Source: a virus (taxonomy: Duplodnaviria; Caudoviricetes). Taken from it: a stretch of 24,924 nt of DNA. Every line of letters begins with the position of its first letter. The first letter of the stretch is position 1. This document shows, in pieces, positions 16,986 to 24,924 of the stretch. A program made the position numbers and the translations under genes. The DNA is taken from IMG/VR virus record IMGVR_UViG_3300048576_000478, positions 1-24,924 of that record. One strand, 5' to 3'. Under the pieces are notes generated by a model. The model searched no databases. It was not told the origin of the DNA and saw nothing but the letters and a program-made list of their open reading frames with translations.

Positions 16986-18772
16986 TAAAAGTAGATATTG
17001 TAGTTGTACATTGGCTTTTTTATTGTTAGCTGTTCCTTCAAGAGTGCATGACTCATTATTGAAGTAATAACGCCATCGATTCTCTTAGATGATTGGAAGT
17101 AGTCTATTTTTTTGAAATGGATATTCTTATTTTGATCTAATTCGTAGTCTGCATTTGAAACCATCCAAGCCATTACTGGATTGCTGTCAATGATCTGTTT
17201 ATTTAATACAGCACTTAACCAATCTGAGCTTGCAAGACCCATCTTTTTCCAATCTTGACCGAAGCATAATATGTTTAAATTATTCTTCTTCAAATACCCT
17301 GGCTCAAACTCTGTCATTACTCTATTTAAGTAGACTGGGTCGGCTCCAATCAAAGATAATCTAGGATACTTTAATTTGTCCTCCATTATGTGCTTGACTA
17401 TATATCCATAGTTTATTGTTTTACCTCCATCCGGCCCTGTAGTTGGGATAATAAAACCTTCGTCTATCCATTTCCTGATATACTTAGAATCGCTCTTCAT
17501 TTTTCTTTCTATCTGTTCTTCTGGAATATAGAACCTATGTTTACAGTAATACTTCCCAATCTCTGGTATATAGAAATAAAGTGTATAAGCAGTAAAATCA
17601 TCGACTAGAGATAAATCGAGTCCTCCACAACATGGATAATCCTCAAGATGCTCTATGTATTTAGTAATGTCTTTATCATTATCAATAATGCATTGCCAAT
17701 CTTCGTCCCTGATTCCTTGTTTATTGTAACTGTTACTCCATATGTTTAAGCAATAAGCTTTAAAGCTAGCTTCACCCTCACTATTCTGCTTTGCTTCATT
17801 CAAGTCATTCTTTAGTACGTCAATGCTCCTTACTTTTCCTAGTGATGGATTTGCTTTAATCCAGTACTCTTCGTTCTCCCAATGAAACAAATCCTCTTCA
17901 TCCAACTCAAATATCATTGGCAGATAATTGGACACTGGAAACTTACCTGAGAGTATCTTTGATGATCTTTCATATTCAGCATATGCTGCATTACATTTGT
18001 TTGTATCAGCAGTAGTGATAATGACTGAAAGGTCATCGTTGGAGTTCTTTCCTGATTCAAGCTGCCTAATGATTTCATTGCTCTTATATAATGCAGCCTC
18101 ATCAAAAATAATAAATGACGGCTTTAATCCTTGTGGTTTTGTTCTTTGAGTAAATGTATAAACTTTTGATGAAGTAGGGAAATATGACATCTCATTTCGC
18201 CCATCGGTTAATTTCAAGTGTCCATTCTTGACTTCATCCCCTAGTAGTTCATTCTGATAAACAAATCCTTTTATTGTCTCAAATGTTTTCTGTGCTAGTT
18301 TGTATGTTGAATTAACGATGATTACTTCTGCTCCCTTTTGAGTAATCAGATTTAATAAGCATAAAGCTGAGATTAGCGTGGTCTTTCCATTCTTCTTTCC
18401 AACCTGGACATATGCTTTTGTAAACACTGGTGATTTATTACTCTTATACTTTATGCCATACAAACATCCCACCAGAAACAATTGCCAATCGAGCAGCTTC
18501 ATATTGTCGCCTGCTTTTGTGCTTGCAGAATTCTGGTAGGTACTTAATGCCTCAATAAGATTTACAGTCCTGTCTACTGCTTCGTAATCATAAAAAACAT
18601 CATCATACTGAAGTCGCTTTTCTATGAGCGAAACTAGCTGTTTAATCTTTTTACAATGGTTTTTAGGATTGTTCTTTACATCATTTACAAAACTATCAAT
18701 ATGCTTTTTACTTTCTTTCATTAATAATCTTATCTGCGAGTGACTCTCTACTCGTGCTCCTTTTAAGTTCAC
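16985..18772 (-). CDS. terL: Terminase large subunit
   Basis: L.DWQ, Walker A VGKKNGKTT, Walker B FIIFDEA, ITTA, W.KANPSLG, GGLDLS...DFTA, KRIDG; the true start may be MKESKK at 18721. Confidence 0.95.
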   Translation of the reverse strand: MNLKGARVESHSQIRLLMKESKKHIDSFVNDVKNNPKNHCKKIKQLVSLIEKRLQYDDVFYDYEAVDRTVNLIEALSTYQNSASTKAGDNMKLLDWQLFLVGCLYGIKYKSNKSPVFTKAYVQVGKKNGKTTLISALCLLNLITQKGAEVIIVNSTYKLAQKTFETIKGFVYQNELLGDEVKNGHLKLTDGRNEMSYFPTSSKVYTFTQRTKPQGLKPSFIIFDEAALYKSNEIIRQLESGKNSNDDLSVIITTADTNKCNAAYAEYERSSKILSGKFPVSNYLPMIFELDEEDLFHWENEEYWIKANPSLGKVRSIDVLKNDLNEAKQNSEGEASFKAYCLNIWSNSYNKQGIRDEDWQCIIDNDKDITKYIEHLEDYPCCGGLDLSLVDDFTAYTLYFYIPEIGKYYCKHRFYIPEEQIERKMKSDSKYIRKWIDEGFIIPTTGPDGGKTINYGYIVKHIMEDKLKYPRLSLIGADPVYLNRVMTEFEPGYLKKNNLNILCFGQDWKKMGLASSDWLSAVLNKQIIDSNPVMAWMVSNADYELDQNKNIHFKKIDYFQSSKRIDGVITSIMSHALLKEQLTIKKPMYNYNIYF

Positions 18773-19181
18773 AAACTAAATTGGCTCTTTCTACTGGAGA
18801 AACATAGAACCTAAACATGATTTGGCTATAGGATTGAATTGTCTTATTGAGCAGGCTTATGTAGTTCATTATTTGTTTATCATCAGTACTCGATTTTATC
18901 TGCTCTCTTAAATAGATAATGTTCTGAATTAATGGTGCGATAGTAAGCTGAATAAATGGCTTATCCTGTTCAGCAATTAAGCCTCTCAACAGAAGCGGTT
19001 CCATCTGCTTATTGAAAACATCCTTGGCACTTTCACATAGATCACTTGGAGCTTCAATCTCAGTAGCTTTGATTATGTCCTTGCTTGCTTCTTTTCTATC
19101 ACCATGTCGATCTTCTCTATATGTTCCTTCGAATTTTAATTCTTCTACTGGCTTCTTCTTTCTTCCTCTCTGCATCAACAT
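18708..19181 (-). CDS. terS: Terminase small subunit (P27-like)
   Basis: RGRKKKP.E....EGTYREDRH, AP..L...AK, SP.ERA; upstream of terL. Confidence 0.85.
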   Translation of the reverse strand: MLMQRGRKKKPVEELKFEGTYREDRHGDRKEASKDIIKATEIEAPSDLCESAKDVFNKQMEPLLLRGLIAEQDKPFIQLTIAPLIQNIIYLREQIKSSTDDKQIMNYISLLNKTIQSYSQIMFRFYVSPVERANLVCELKRSTSRESLADKIINERK

Positions 19182-19274
19182 CCTCTATTCAGCAGTTCTG
19201 ACATACAAAAAGTTTGAGACCTAGAGATGTGCAACATGCTTTTTTCACCCATTTTTTTGGCGACCCCCTTTTCC
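19182..19274. other. Candidate cos/packaging region
   Basis: Only sizeable non-coding gap between HNH and terS, with a G-run (AGGGGGTCGCC on minus); positional inference from HK97-type cos phages. Confidence 0.4.
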
Positions 19275-19649
19275 TCAATGCCCTTTCTTTCTGTTTTGTA
19301 TTTCATATGCTGTCTTTATCCTGTGACATTCAACACATAATGTTTGTAAATTATTCTCATCAAAGAACATCTCTTCATTTCCTCTTGGATCAATTATATG
19401 GTCGACAGACAAATGTTCATGGCTACCACATCTCCTGCAATAATCATTCTCCTCCAAATGTTTCGCTCTAAGCTTTCTCCACCTTGAAGTGTTGTATAGC
19501 TTATCGTTGCTCCTATTTGCATTAGTAAATGGCTTTACTTGTGCTTCTCTAATTCTGGCTTGCCTTACAGCTTCAGGGAAATGCAAATCACAATATGATC
19601 CGTTTGTAGCTATCTTAAAACATCCAGCCACTTTACATAACTTCATCAT
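19275..19649 (-). CDS. Packaging-associated HNH endonuclease (HK97 gp74-like)
   Basis: C...GC......YC..H, Y.TSRWRKLR, C..CG...VDHI......NLQTLC.ECH..KT. Confidence 0.92.
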   Translation of the reverse strand: MMKLCKVAGCFKIATNGSYCDLHFPEAVRQARIREAQVKPFTNANRSNDKLYNTSRWRKLRAKHLEENDYCRRCGSHEHLSVDHIIDPRGNEEMFFDENNLQTLCVECHRIKTAYEIQNRKKGH

Positions 19650-20001
19650 CTTCTCTCGTATATATAGACGCTATATTTTCATAGCTAGTCATTCCATCAT
19701 TAAACATATCCTTCTTAGTCCTTGAATATAAAAACTTCTTTGCTGCTAAATAGGAATATGCTATAGGATTAGTTACCACTTCGCCTTTACACATTTTCAT
19801 TAGTACATATCCAGCTGTCTCACATGCTTTGTTATCAATCTCATATGTTGATAAATGCGTCTTTGCTTTTTTTAGTATTACTTTTATTTGTTTGATTGCG
19901 ATAATCTTAAGTTCGCTATACAAAGCTGATTCAAGACGTTTTCGTTGTGTTCCATTTTCCGTTTTTAAATACTCTTTTTGTAATTCATCTATACTATTCA
20001 T
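19633..20001 (-). CDS. Putative late transcription factor resembling an isolated sigma70 region 2
   Basis: LY..L..IA...I.......EIDNKACET...V..K......NPIAY.Y.AAK.FL parallels the ECF region-2 helix pattern; last gene before the late module. Confidence 0.45.
   Translation of the reverse strand: MNSIDELQKEYLKTENGTQRKRLESALYSELKIIAIKQIKVILKKAKTHLSTYEIDNKACETAGYVLMKMCKGEVVTNPIAYSYLAAKKFLYSRTKKDMFNDGMTSYENIASIYTREDDEVM
19661..19672 (-). promoter_or_regulatory. Late-promoter-like motif AGCGTCTATATA
   Basis: Exact copy, 11-14 nt before the HNH ATG(s); lies inside the 3' end of the 122-aa ORF. Confidence 0.7.
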
Positions 20002-20264
20002 ACATCGGTAACACTCTTTTGAGCATCATATTTTGCTATCACAATATCTAGTATGCTTAAGAATGATTCTTGATTCATTTCATTGATTAGGTACTTTGCA
20101 ATCTTTAATAAATACTCTTGCCGTTTCCATTCAACAATACACAGGTTATCATTATTCAATTCGCTATTTTCTATTACTCGATCATTGCGCAACTCTATAC
20201 GAAAATGTAATGGTCGATCAAATTCATTCTCTCTTCTCTTTAATAATGTTACTCTTTCTTGCAT
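19998..20264 (-). CDS. Hypothetical protein
   Basis: 88-aa ORF, ATGA-coupled to the next gene. Confidence 0.6.
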   Translation of the reverse strand: MQERVTLLKRRENEFDRPLHFRIELRNDRVIENSELNNDNLCIVEWKRQEYLLKIAKYLINEMNQESFLSILDIVIAKYDAQKSVTDV

Positions 20265-20428
20265 GAAAAGGCCTTTGCTACATCTTCCTTAAGCTTTACT
20301 TTTTGTTCACTACTCATCTCATTCATATAGTTTATAGAGATTAAGTCATTTTCAATGTTTATCTTTACCGACCTTCTGTTAATGCTCAATGGTTCATTCG
20401 TAATCTGGATGATCTCATTCTCAATCAT
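20249..20428 (-). CDS. Hypothetical protein (59 aa)
   Basis: Start MIENE at 20428 behind AGGAGG, within track ORF 20249..20458. Confidence 0.6.
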   Translation of the reverse strand: MIENEIIQITNEPLSINRRSVKINIENDLISINYMNEMSSEQKVKLKEDVAKAFSCKKE

Positions 20429-20465
20429 TGTTATCCTCCTATGCATTTTCGTTCCCATTATTCAT

Positions 20466-20594
20466 TTACATTTTGCTTGCTATGTATTTTGTAATTGTCT
20501 GTAACATATTTGATAGGGCAATCATGTTTGATAAAAGCAAAAGGGCAAATACTGCGCTTAGAAGACCTAGAGGAATTGATAGCCAAGGGCTCAT
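20466..20594 (-). CDS. 42-aa single-TM peptide (not in ORF track)
   Basis: MSPWLSIPLGLLSAVFALLLLSNMIALSNMLQTITKYIASKM; RBS AGGAGG; ATGA overlap with the upstream stop. Confidence 0.55.
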   Translation of the reverse strand: MSPWLSIPLGLLSAVFALLLLSNMIALSNMLQTITKYIASKM

Positions 20595-20824
20595 ACATCC
20601 CCTCCTAACTCCCTAATTCGTGAACATATTTTGTCTTCTCTGTTATCTAGCTGAATATCAAAATCTCCATCAGCTTCTGTTAGGTAATAGTTCATTAGCT
20701 CATCAATATCATCTTGAATGCTAAATATGTTTCCTACATTATAATTAGTAGTCTTTTTTAGATTATCAAAGAGCAATGTCTTTAATTCTTCATGCATACA
20801 ATTACAAAACTGAATAGGCGCCAT
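20591..20824 (-). CDS. Hypothetical acidic protein
   Basis: 77 aa; RBS AAGGAG. Confidence 0.65.
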   Translation of the reverse strand: MAPIQFCNCMHEELKTLLFDNLKKTTNYNVGNIFSIQDDIDELMNYYLTEADGDFDIQLDNREDKICSRIRELGGDV

Positions 20825-20868
20825 TATTTCTCCTTATATCATTAGTAGCGAATTTAAATTATTCACTT

Positions 20869-21936
20869 TTACATTACTTCTTTGAGCTTCACACTTACAC
20901 CATGATTCTTTATGTTTTCAACAAAGCCAAACTCATTAATATAGCCAGATTGACCCAATGAGTGATCATAAGCATATCCATTATCCCATACATATACTTT
21001 GTAGGTTTTATGGACTCTTTTATCAAATGATACTTTTGACTTCCATCTATACTCTGATGAATTTGAGGATTTTGCTTTTAGGTCATATCTACTCATTCTG
21101 CTCTGTAGCTCAATATCACTGAGTGCCCTCCCCTCCTTTTTCATTATTTTGGGGAATTTTTCATAGTCTCCATGGGCAACAATAATGAGGTCATCTTTAT
21201 CAGGAATGCTTGTAAGTTTTTCTTTATGAAAAAATCTTTTGCATAGCTTAGGAAACCTATTCAATCCCTTTATCATTTTTTCTTCATCAAATACTTTACA
21301 TAGTGCATACTGGCAACAAAGCCTAAATTCAAGCACATTTCTCAACCTACTTAAGGTCATTTTGTCAGCTTCTTTTCCATTTTGAAATTTGCCAATTACT
21401 TTTGATAACTCCTCATAGCTCATGTCCCCAAGCATTACAGCCCTAAACACCTGAGCTTCAACGCTATTTAGGTACTTAAAGAAATCATTGTTAGCATTCT
21501 GAAGTTGCACTAGCAGATAAGCCTTTTCTATTTTTTCTTCCATTCCTTGCCCCTCTACATATTGACGATATGATACTTTTCCTAATTCAGTGTCATCTTC
21601 AATGAAAATCTCATTTACTCTTTCCTTACACTTATATGTTTTGAGATTCCTAAATGCTTCCCTTTTTGCATTCATGTAAGGTTCCCTACCTATGAAACAC
21701 TTATAGGTGAAGCACTTAACGATATCGAACTTATCATCATATTCAGTGGGGATTTGAAATGTAGGGATCATCTTTTTAACTATGCGTCTTGCGATTCTTT
21801 CAAATTCTATCTCTAGATATACTTGAAGGTTCTCAGGTTCGCATAAAAATGCATTGGATTTCATAAAGTACGAAAGAATGTCACTGGTGATTTTTCCGAT
21901 GTTCTTGTTTAGTATTGCTGGTGCAGAATCATTCAT
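20869..21936 (-). CDS. Sigma-factor-like protein with region 4 HTH and C-terminal extension
   Basis: LNSVEAQVFRAVMLGDMSYEELSKVIG...KMTLSRLRNVLE matches the sigma region-4 pattern; weakly region-2-like N-terminal half. Confidence 0.55.
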   Translation of the reverse strand: MNDSAPAILNKNIGKITSDILSYFMKSNAFLCEPENLQVYLEIEFERIARRIVKKMIPTFQIPTEYDDKFDIVKCFTYKCFIGREPYMNAKREAFRNLKTYKCKERVNEIFIEDDTELGKVSYRQYVEGQGMEEKIEKAYLLVQLQNANNDFFKYLNSVEAQVFRAVMLGDMSYEELSKVIGKFQNGKEADKMTLSRLRNVLEFRLCCQYALCKVFDEEKMIKGLNRFPKLCKRFFHKEKLTSIPDKDDLIIVAHGDYEKFPKIMKKEGRALSDIELQSRMSRYDLKAKSSNSSEYRWKSKVSFDKRVHKTYKVYVWDNGYAYDHSLGQSGYINEFGFVENIKNHGVSVKLKEVM

Positions 21937-21999
21937 AAATACCCCTATTGACTACTCAAGCATTGCTTTTTCGTCTACAATGAATAATAAAGGTTTTTT

Positions 22000-22235
22000 C
22001 CTCTATTATCATTTATATATGTTTTAGTAGGGGTTTTTAGAAAAACTAACAATATAATACTATTATATCTTATACTATTGATTACTTATCATATTTACTA
22101 TTCTTTGTTACTTGTTTATCATTTTTGATGGATACATAACATATTTACTCATTCATACTATTTATTTATCATATCTATTATATATTAAGGATTAATCAAC
22201 TCATACAATATATAATATGCACTCAGCCACTCAGC
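22000..22235. other. AT-rich non-coding region with phased short repeats (candidate origin or control region)
   Basis: TTATCAT at 22006, 22086, 22116, 22166; CATATTTACT at 22090 and 22140; tandem CACTCAGC at 22220-22235. Confidence 0.45.
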
Positions 22236-22291
22236 GTAACAAAATCTCCCCTAGGACAACCACTTTCCATGGAGTATAGGGTTCAATTTGC

Positions 22292-22324
22292 AAAAATAAA
22301 AAGCCACCCATCGACGGGTGGCTT
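22292..22324 (-). terminator. Intrinsic terminator
   Basis: Perfect 9-bp stem AAGCCACCC/GGGTGGCTT, 6-nt loop, followed on minus by TTTATTTTT; just after ORF 22336..22578. Confidence 0.85.
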
Positions 22325-22335
22325 CAACTACCTAG

Positions 22336-22578
22336 CTATCCATGAACTACGATCAACCCTTCCGACCAATAAAGGAAAGTTTGAAATTCCGTCGAAGGAA
22401 ATTTGTCACGCCACTTCTCCCATGGGCTTGATGAATGATGCTGATAGTACAAGTCAAAAATAATGTCATCATTGATCGGGTACCTTACCTCATTAATAAC
22501 CACTGATGGTCCATGATCAATCTCAATCTTGTCGAACTGCTGCTTCTTCAATGCTGACAAAAACTCTTTCTCTGTCAT
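22336..22578 (-). CDS. Hypothetical protein, apparently monocistronic
   Basis: 80 aa; RBS AAGGAG; own promoter candidate and terminator. Confidence 0.7.
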   Translation of the reverse strand: MTEKEFLSALKKQQFDKIEIDHGPSVVINEVRYPINDDIIFDLYYQHHSSSPWEKWRDKFPSTEFQTFLYWSEGLIVVHG

Positions 22579-22661
22579 TGATTTTCTCCTTCTCTACTCA
22601 TGTCACAGAACAAGTGCAACGCACTTTTTAACCCACAGGAATGATATGTAGATGGGGCAGA

Positions 22662-22691
22662 ATTATCAAAAAAATGTTCATCCGCCGTCAA
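22662..22691 (-). promoter_or_regulatory. Possible sigma70-type promoter
   Basis: TTGACG-N18-GATAAT upstream of ORF 22578. Confidence 0.4.
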
Positions 22692-22739
22692 TTTTTCTGA
22701 AACTCATTACTAAAACAATATGAAAAAGGAGAAAGGATT

Positions 22740-23162
22740 ATGGCAAAGAAATTGATAGGTGGATCGAAGTGGAAAAACAACCTGGGCACAAGGGCTTATA
22801 CAATCCAGCAGACTAGGGCAGAGCTGAATAGGATAGTGAAGAAAGTCATTGTGAAGAGGATTTACCAATCAAAGTATGAAGGGCTGCTAGGCTACACAAT
22901 GCAAGAGCTTCGAGAACATTTGAAGTCAACATTGCCCGAGGGGTATACATGGGAAGACTACTGCAAAGTGGGGACCGATCTCGACATTGATCATATTGTG
23001 CCCATTTCTGCATTTGATTTTGTGTACACTACTGATCCAGGATTCAAGGCTGCATGGGCTTTGAGCAATTTGAGAATAATCCCCCGAGAAGAAAACAGAG
23101 AAAAAAACTACACTTCAGATAGTATATATAAAAACAATCACAAGAGAGTGAAGGTGGCTTAA
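22740..23162 (+). CDS. HNH-type (endonuclease VII-like) protein
   Basis: LGYT..ELREHL....EG.TWE.Y.....DIDHI.P.S.FD.......A..LSNL......EN..K; RBS AAGGA. Confidence 0.8.
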   Translation: MAKKLIGGSKWKNNLGTRAYTIQQTRAELNRIVKKVIVKRIYQSKYEGLLGYTMQELREHLKSTLPEGYTWEDYCKVGTDLDIDHIVPISAFDFVYTTDPGFKAAWALSNLRIIPREENREKNYTSDSIYKNNHKRVKVA

Positions 23163-23187
23163 CTAAAATCAGGAAGTAGCGAACATG

Positions 23188-24924
23188 CTACTCCACAATA
23201 GCTTTTTCACCCCAAGGAATATCCACCCGACCAATTTTCGCATTCTTGAGACACCAAGCAAAATTTCTTTTTACCCAGTTTTCGCTTCTATCTTCATCAA
23301 ATACCAGCTTGAATTTTCTCCCTTCATATTCAAGGGTAGTAACTTGCTCTTTCCTATAGGCTTTGGGGCTTGGAATTTCTTCCTTATTTTCTTTATCAAT
23401 TTCAACTTTATTGCCATTTTGATCCACTAATGAATTAAGTACTGCTCGCTGCATCCTTACAGTTGTGCGATAATCCTTAAGCTCATCTTTGTAGTCATAT
23501 ACAAACTCCTGACCATCTATGAGCTTGATTCTTATGACTCCTCTGATAATCGTAAACTCATCAATAATGCGGGATAACAATTCACGTCTTGTCTTATTAT
23601 CTGTCCATGCATAATAGAAATAATTCTCAATACCGAACTCTTTTGCTATTCTAGTTATTCGCTTAGCTGAATTTATTAATCTCTGTTCTTGATCATGCTT
23701 CTTTGCCTTTAGGGTTTTGATTTCATCTGAGTATTCTTTGATTTTATTTATTGCCCTCTCTTGATCTAGCCCATTTTCTATTGCTTTCATTAAGTTTGCT
23801 ATCTTCTTCTCTTTATCCTTAATCATTGTTTCATATCGTTCGATTATAGGTTTTACATCACCTTGCTCCGCTTCGATATCTTTTTCCAACTTTTTGTAAA
23901 TCGATTGTGGCGTTTCATGCATTACTCCAACATACATGTCAAAGAGTATATTGTTAATGACATGATAGTGAAGCGCCTTGTTTTGATCAGGCTCACATTT
24001 TTTACAGTTATGGTGAACATAAGAATCATAATTCTCTGTTGTATGATAAAAGTAGCCAACACCACAAATACCACACTTCAATAATCCTGAGGCTGGATGC
24101 TCAGGAGGTCTTCTCATTTTCCAGCTGTTATCAGTAACCTTTTCTTTATATACACTTTCTACATACTTATAGTCATCAATACTTACAATTGCTGGATATA
24201 CCTTTGACTTTATCAATTCGCCATTTTTATTGTATGTATAACCAGCAGATTCAGGATGAGTCAGGATGCTTTTCATCTGCAACTGAGTGAAATACTTCCC
24301 AGTTTTTGACCTATGGCCTTCTTCATTGAGTTTCCGAGCAATTTTGTAGGTAGGAGTATGCTTATTGATAAACTCGTCATATACAATCTTTATTACTTCT
24401 GCTTCCTCAGGTACTATTCTCCATTTTCTAATAGGTCGATTATTATTTCCTACACCAACTACATCAAAATCATAACCGTAGAACGCTCGAAACGTCTTTC
24501 GCCCGTCATTAATTGCTTCCCTCTTTGCTGACCTTGTACGCTCCCTAATTTTCCTCCGTTCCTCCTCGGCTAGAACAGACTGAATTTTCGCTAGCAGATG
24601 CTCCTTATGCTCATTCCCATCAACGAAAAGACGAACCTCAAAACGTTCCAGGAGCTTGAAGAAAGCACCGCTTTGCTCCATATCACGGCCTAGGCGGTCT
24701 ACGGCTTTTACCCAAACTATATCTACAACCCCATTACAGATATCATCTTTCAACCTAGCGAACTCAACTCTGGACTCACATGCCCCGGATTCATGATCCT
24801 CATAAAGCAGGACCTTCACCCCAAGCCTTGAGCCAAATTCCTCTGCACTTCTTCGCTGGTCAGGTAATGAATCACCATTCCCTTGCATTTGCTCTGAGCT
24901 AACCCTGATATATGCGCCTATCAT
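23188..24924 (-). CDS. Large serine recombinase (phage integrase)
   Basis: YIRVSS catalytic Ser, D..SG....R, DRLGR, E.ER.KI.ER, YGY, recombinase domain, zinc ribbon LLKCGICG...C, coiled coil. Confidence 0.95.
   Translation of the reverse strand: MIGAYIRVSSEQMQGNGDSLPDQRRSAEEFGSRLGVKVLLYEDHESGACESRVEFARLKDDICNGVVDIVWVKAVDRLGRDMEQSGAFFKLLERFEVRLFVDGNEHKEHLLAKIQSVLAEEERRKIRERTRSAKREAINDGRKTFRAFYGYDFDVVGVGNNNRPIRKWRIVPEEAEVIKIVYDEFINKHTPTYKIARKLNEEGHRSKTGKYFTQLQMKSILTHPESAGYTYNKNGELIKSKVYPAIVSIDDYKYVESVYKEKVTDNSWKMRRPPEHPASGLLKCGICGVGYFYHTTENYDSYVHHNCKKCEPDQNKALHYHVINNILFDMYVGVMHETPQSIYKKLEKDIEAEQGDVKPIIERYETMIKDKEKKIANLMKAIENGLDQERAINKIKEYSDEIKTLKAKKHDQEQRLINSAKRITRIAKEFGIENYFYYAWTDNKTRRELLSRIIDEFTIIRGVIRIKLIDGQEFVYDYKDELKDYRTTVRMQRAVLNSLVDQNGNKVEIDKENKEEIPSPKAYRKEQVTTLEYEGRKFKLVFDEDRSENWVKRNFAWCLKNAKIGRVDIPWGEKAIVE

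Larger units (their letters stand above)
2790..24924. mobile_element. Temperate siphophage-like prophage; boundaries and att sites not resolved, may extend to the window start
   Basis: Integrase plus intact head, tail and lysis-like modules in canonical order. Confidence 0.9.

Noticed and set aside
9179-19725. Many short plus-strand ORFs within the structural module
   Set aside because: Antisense to well-supported genes, with no RBS or motifs
1-24924. CRISPR array, tRNA/rRNA, IS elements, integron attC or att core repeats
   Set aside because: No regular repeat-spacer array, cloverleaf, transposase or terminal repeats seen; att sites cannot be called without flanking sequence

Overview
AT-rich temperate siphophage-like element (prophage) filling nearly the whole window. 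From right to left: a large serine recombinase; a divergent HNH endonuclease; an AT-rich intergenic tract; a minus-strand cluster of small ORFs with two sigma-factor-like proteins (355 aa with a sigma region 4-like HTH; 122 aa resembling a stand-alone sigma region 2); an HK97-type morphogenesis module (HNH, TerS, TerL, portal, ClpP-type protease, capsid, connectors, tail tube, frameshifted tail chaperones, tape measure, 1223-aa hub/fibre, fibre chaperones); a membrane-protein lysis cassette with no recognisable endolysin; and plus-strand accessory ORFs plus a DUF72 gene. The strongest unexplained signal is the motif AGCGTCTATATA (4 exact copies, 1 near copy), always on the minus strand 11-17 nt before late-gene start codons and with no shared -35. 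It suggests -10-only late promoters read by a minimal or split phage sigma factor. Other oddities: a 46-aa ORF copying the tape-measure C-terminus, two almost fully overlapping membrane ORFs in the lysis cassette, and a terminator hairpin whose loop displays an anti-Shine-Dalgarno sequence. All family calls come from motif recognition by eye; no searches were run.
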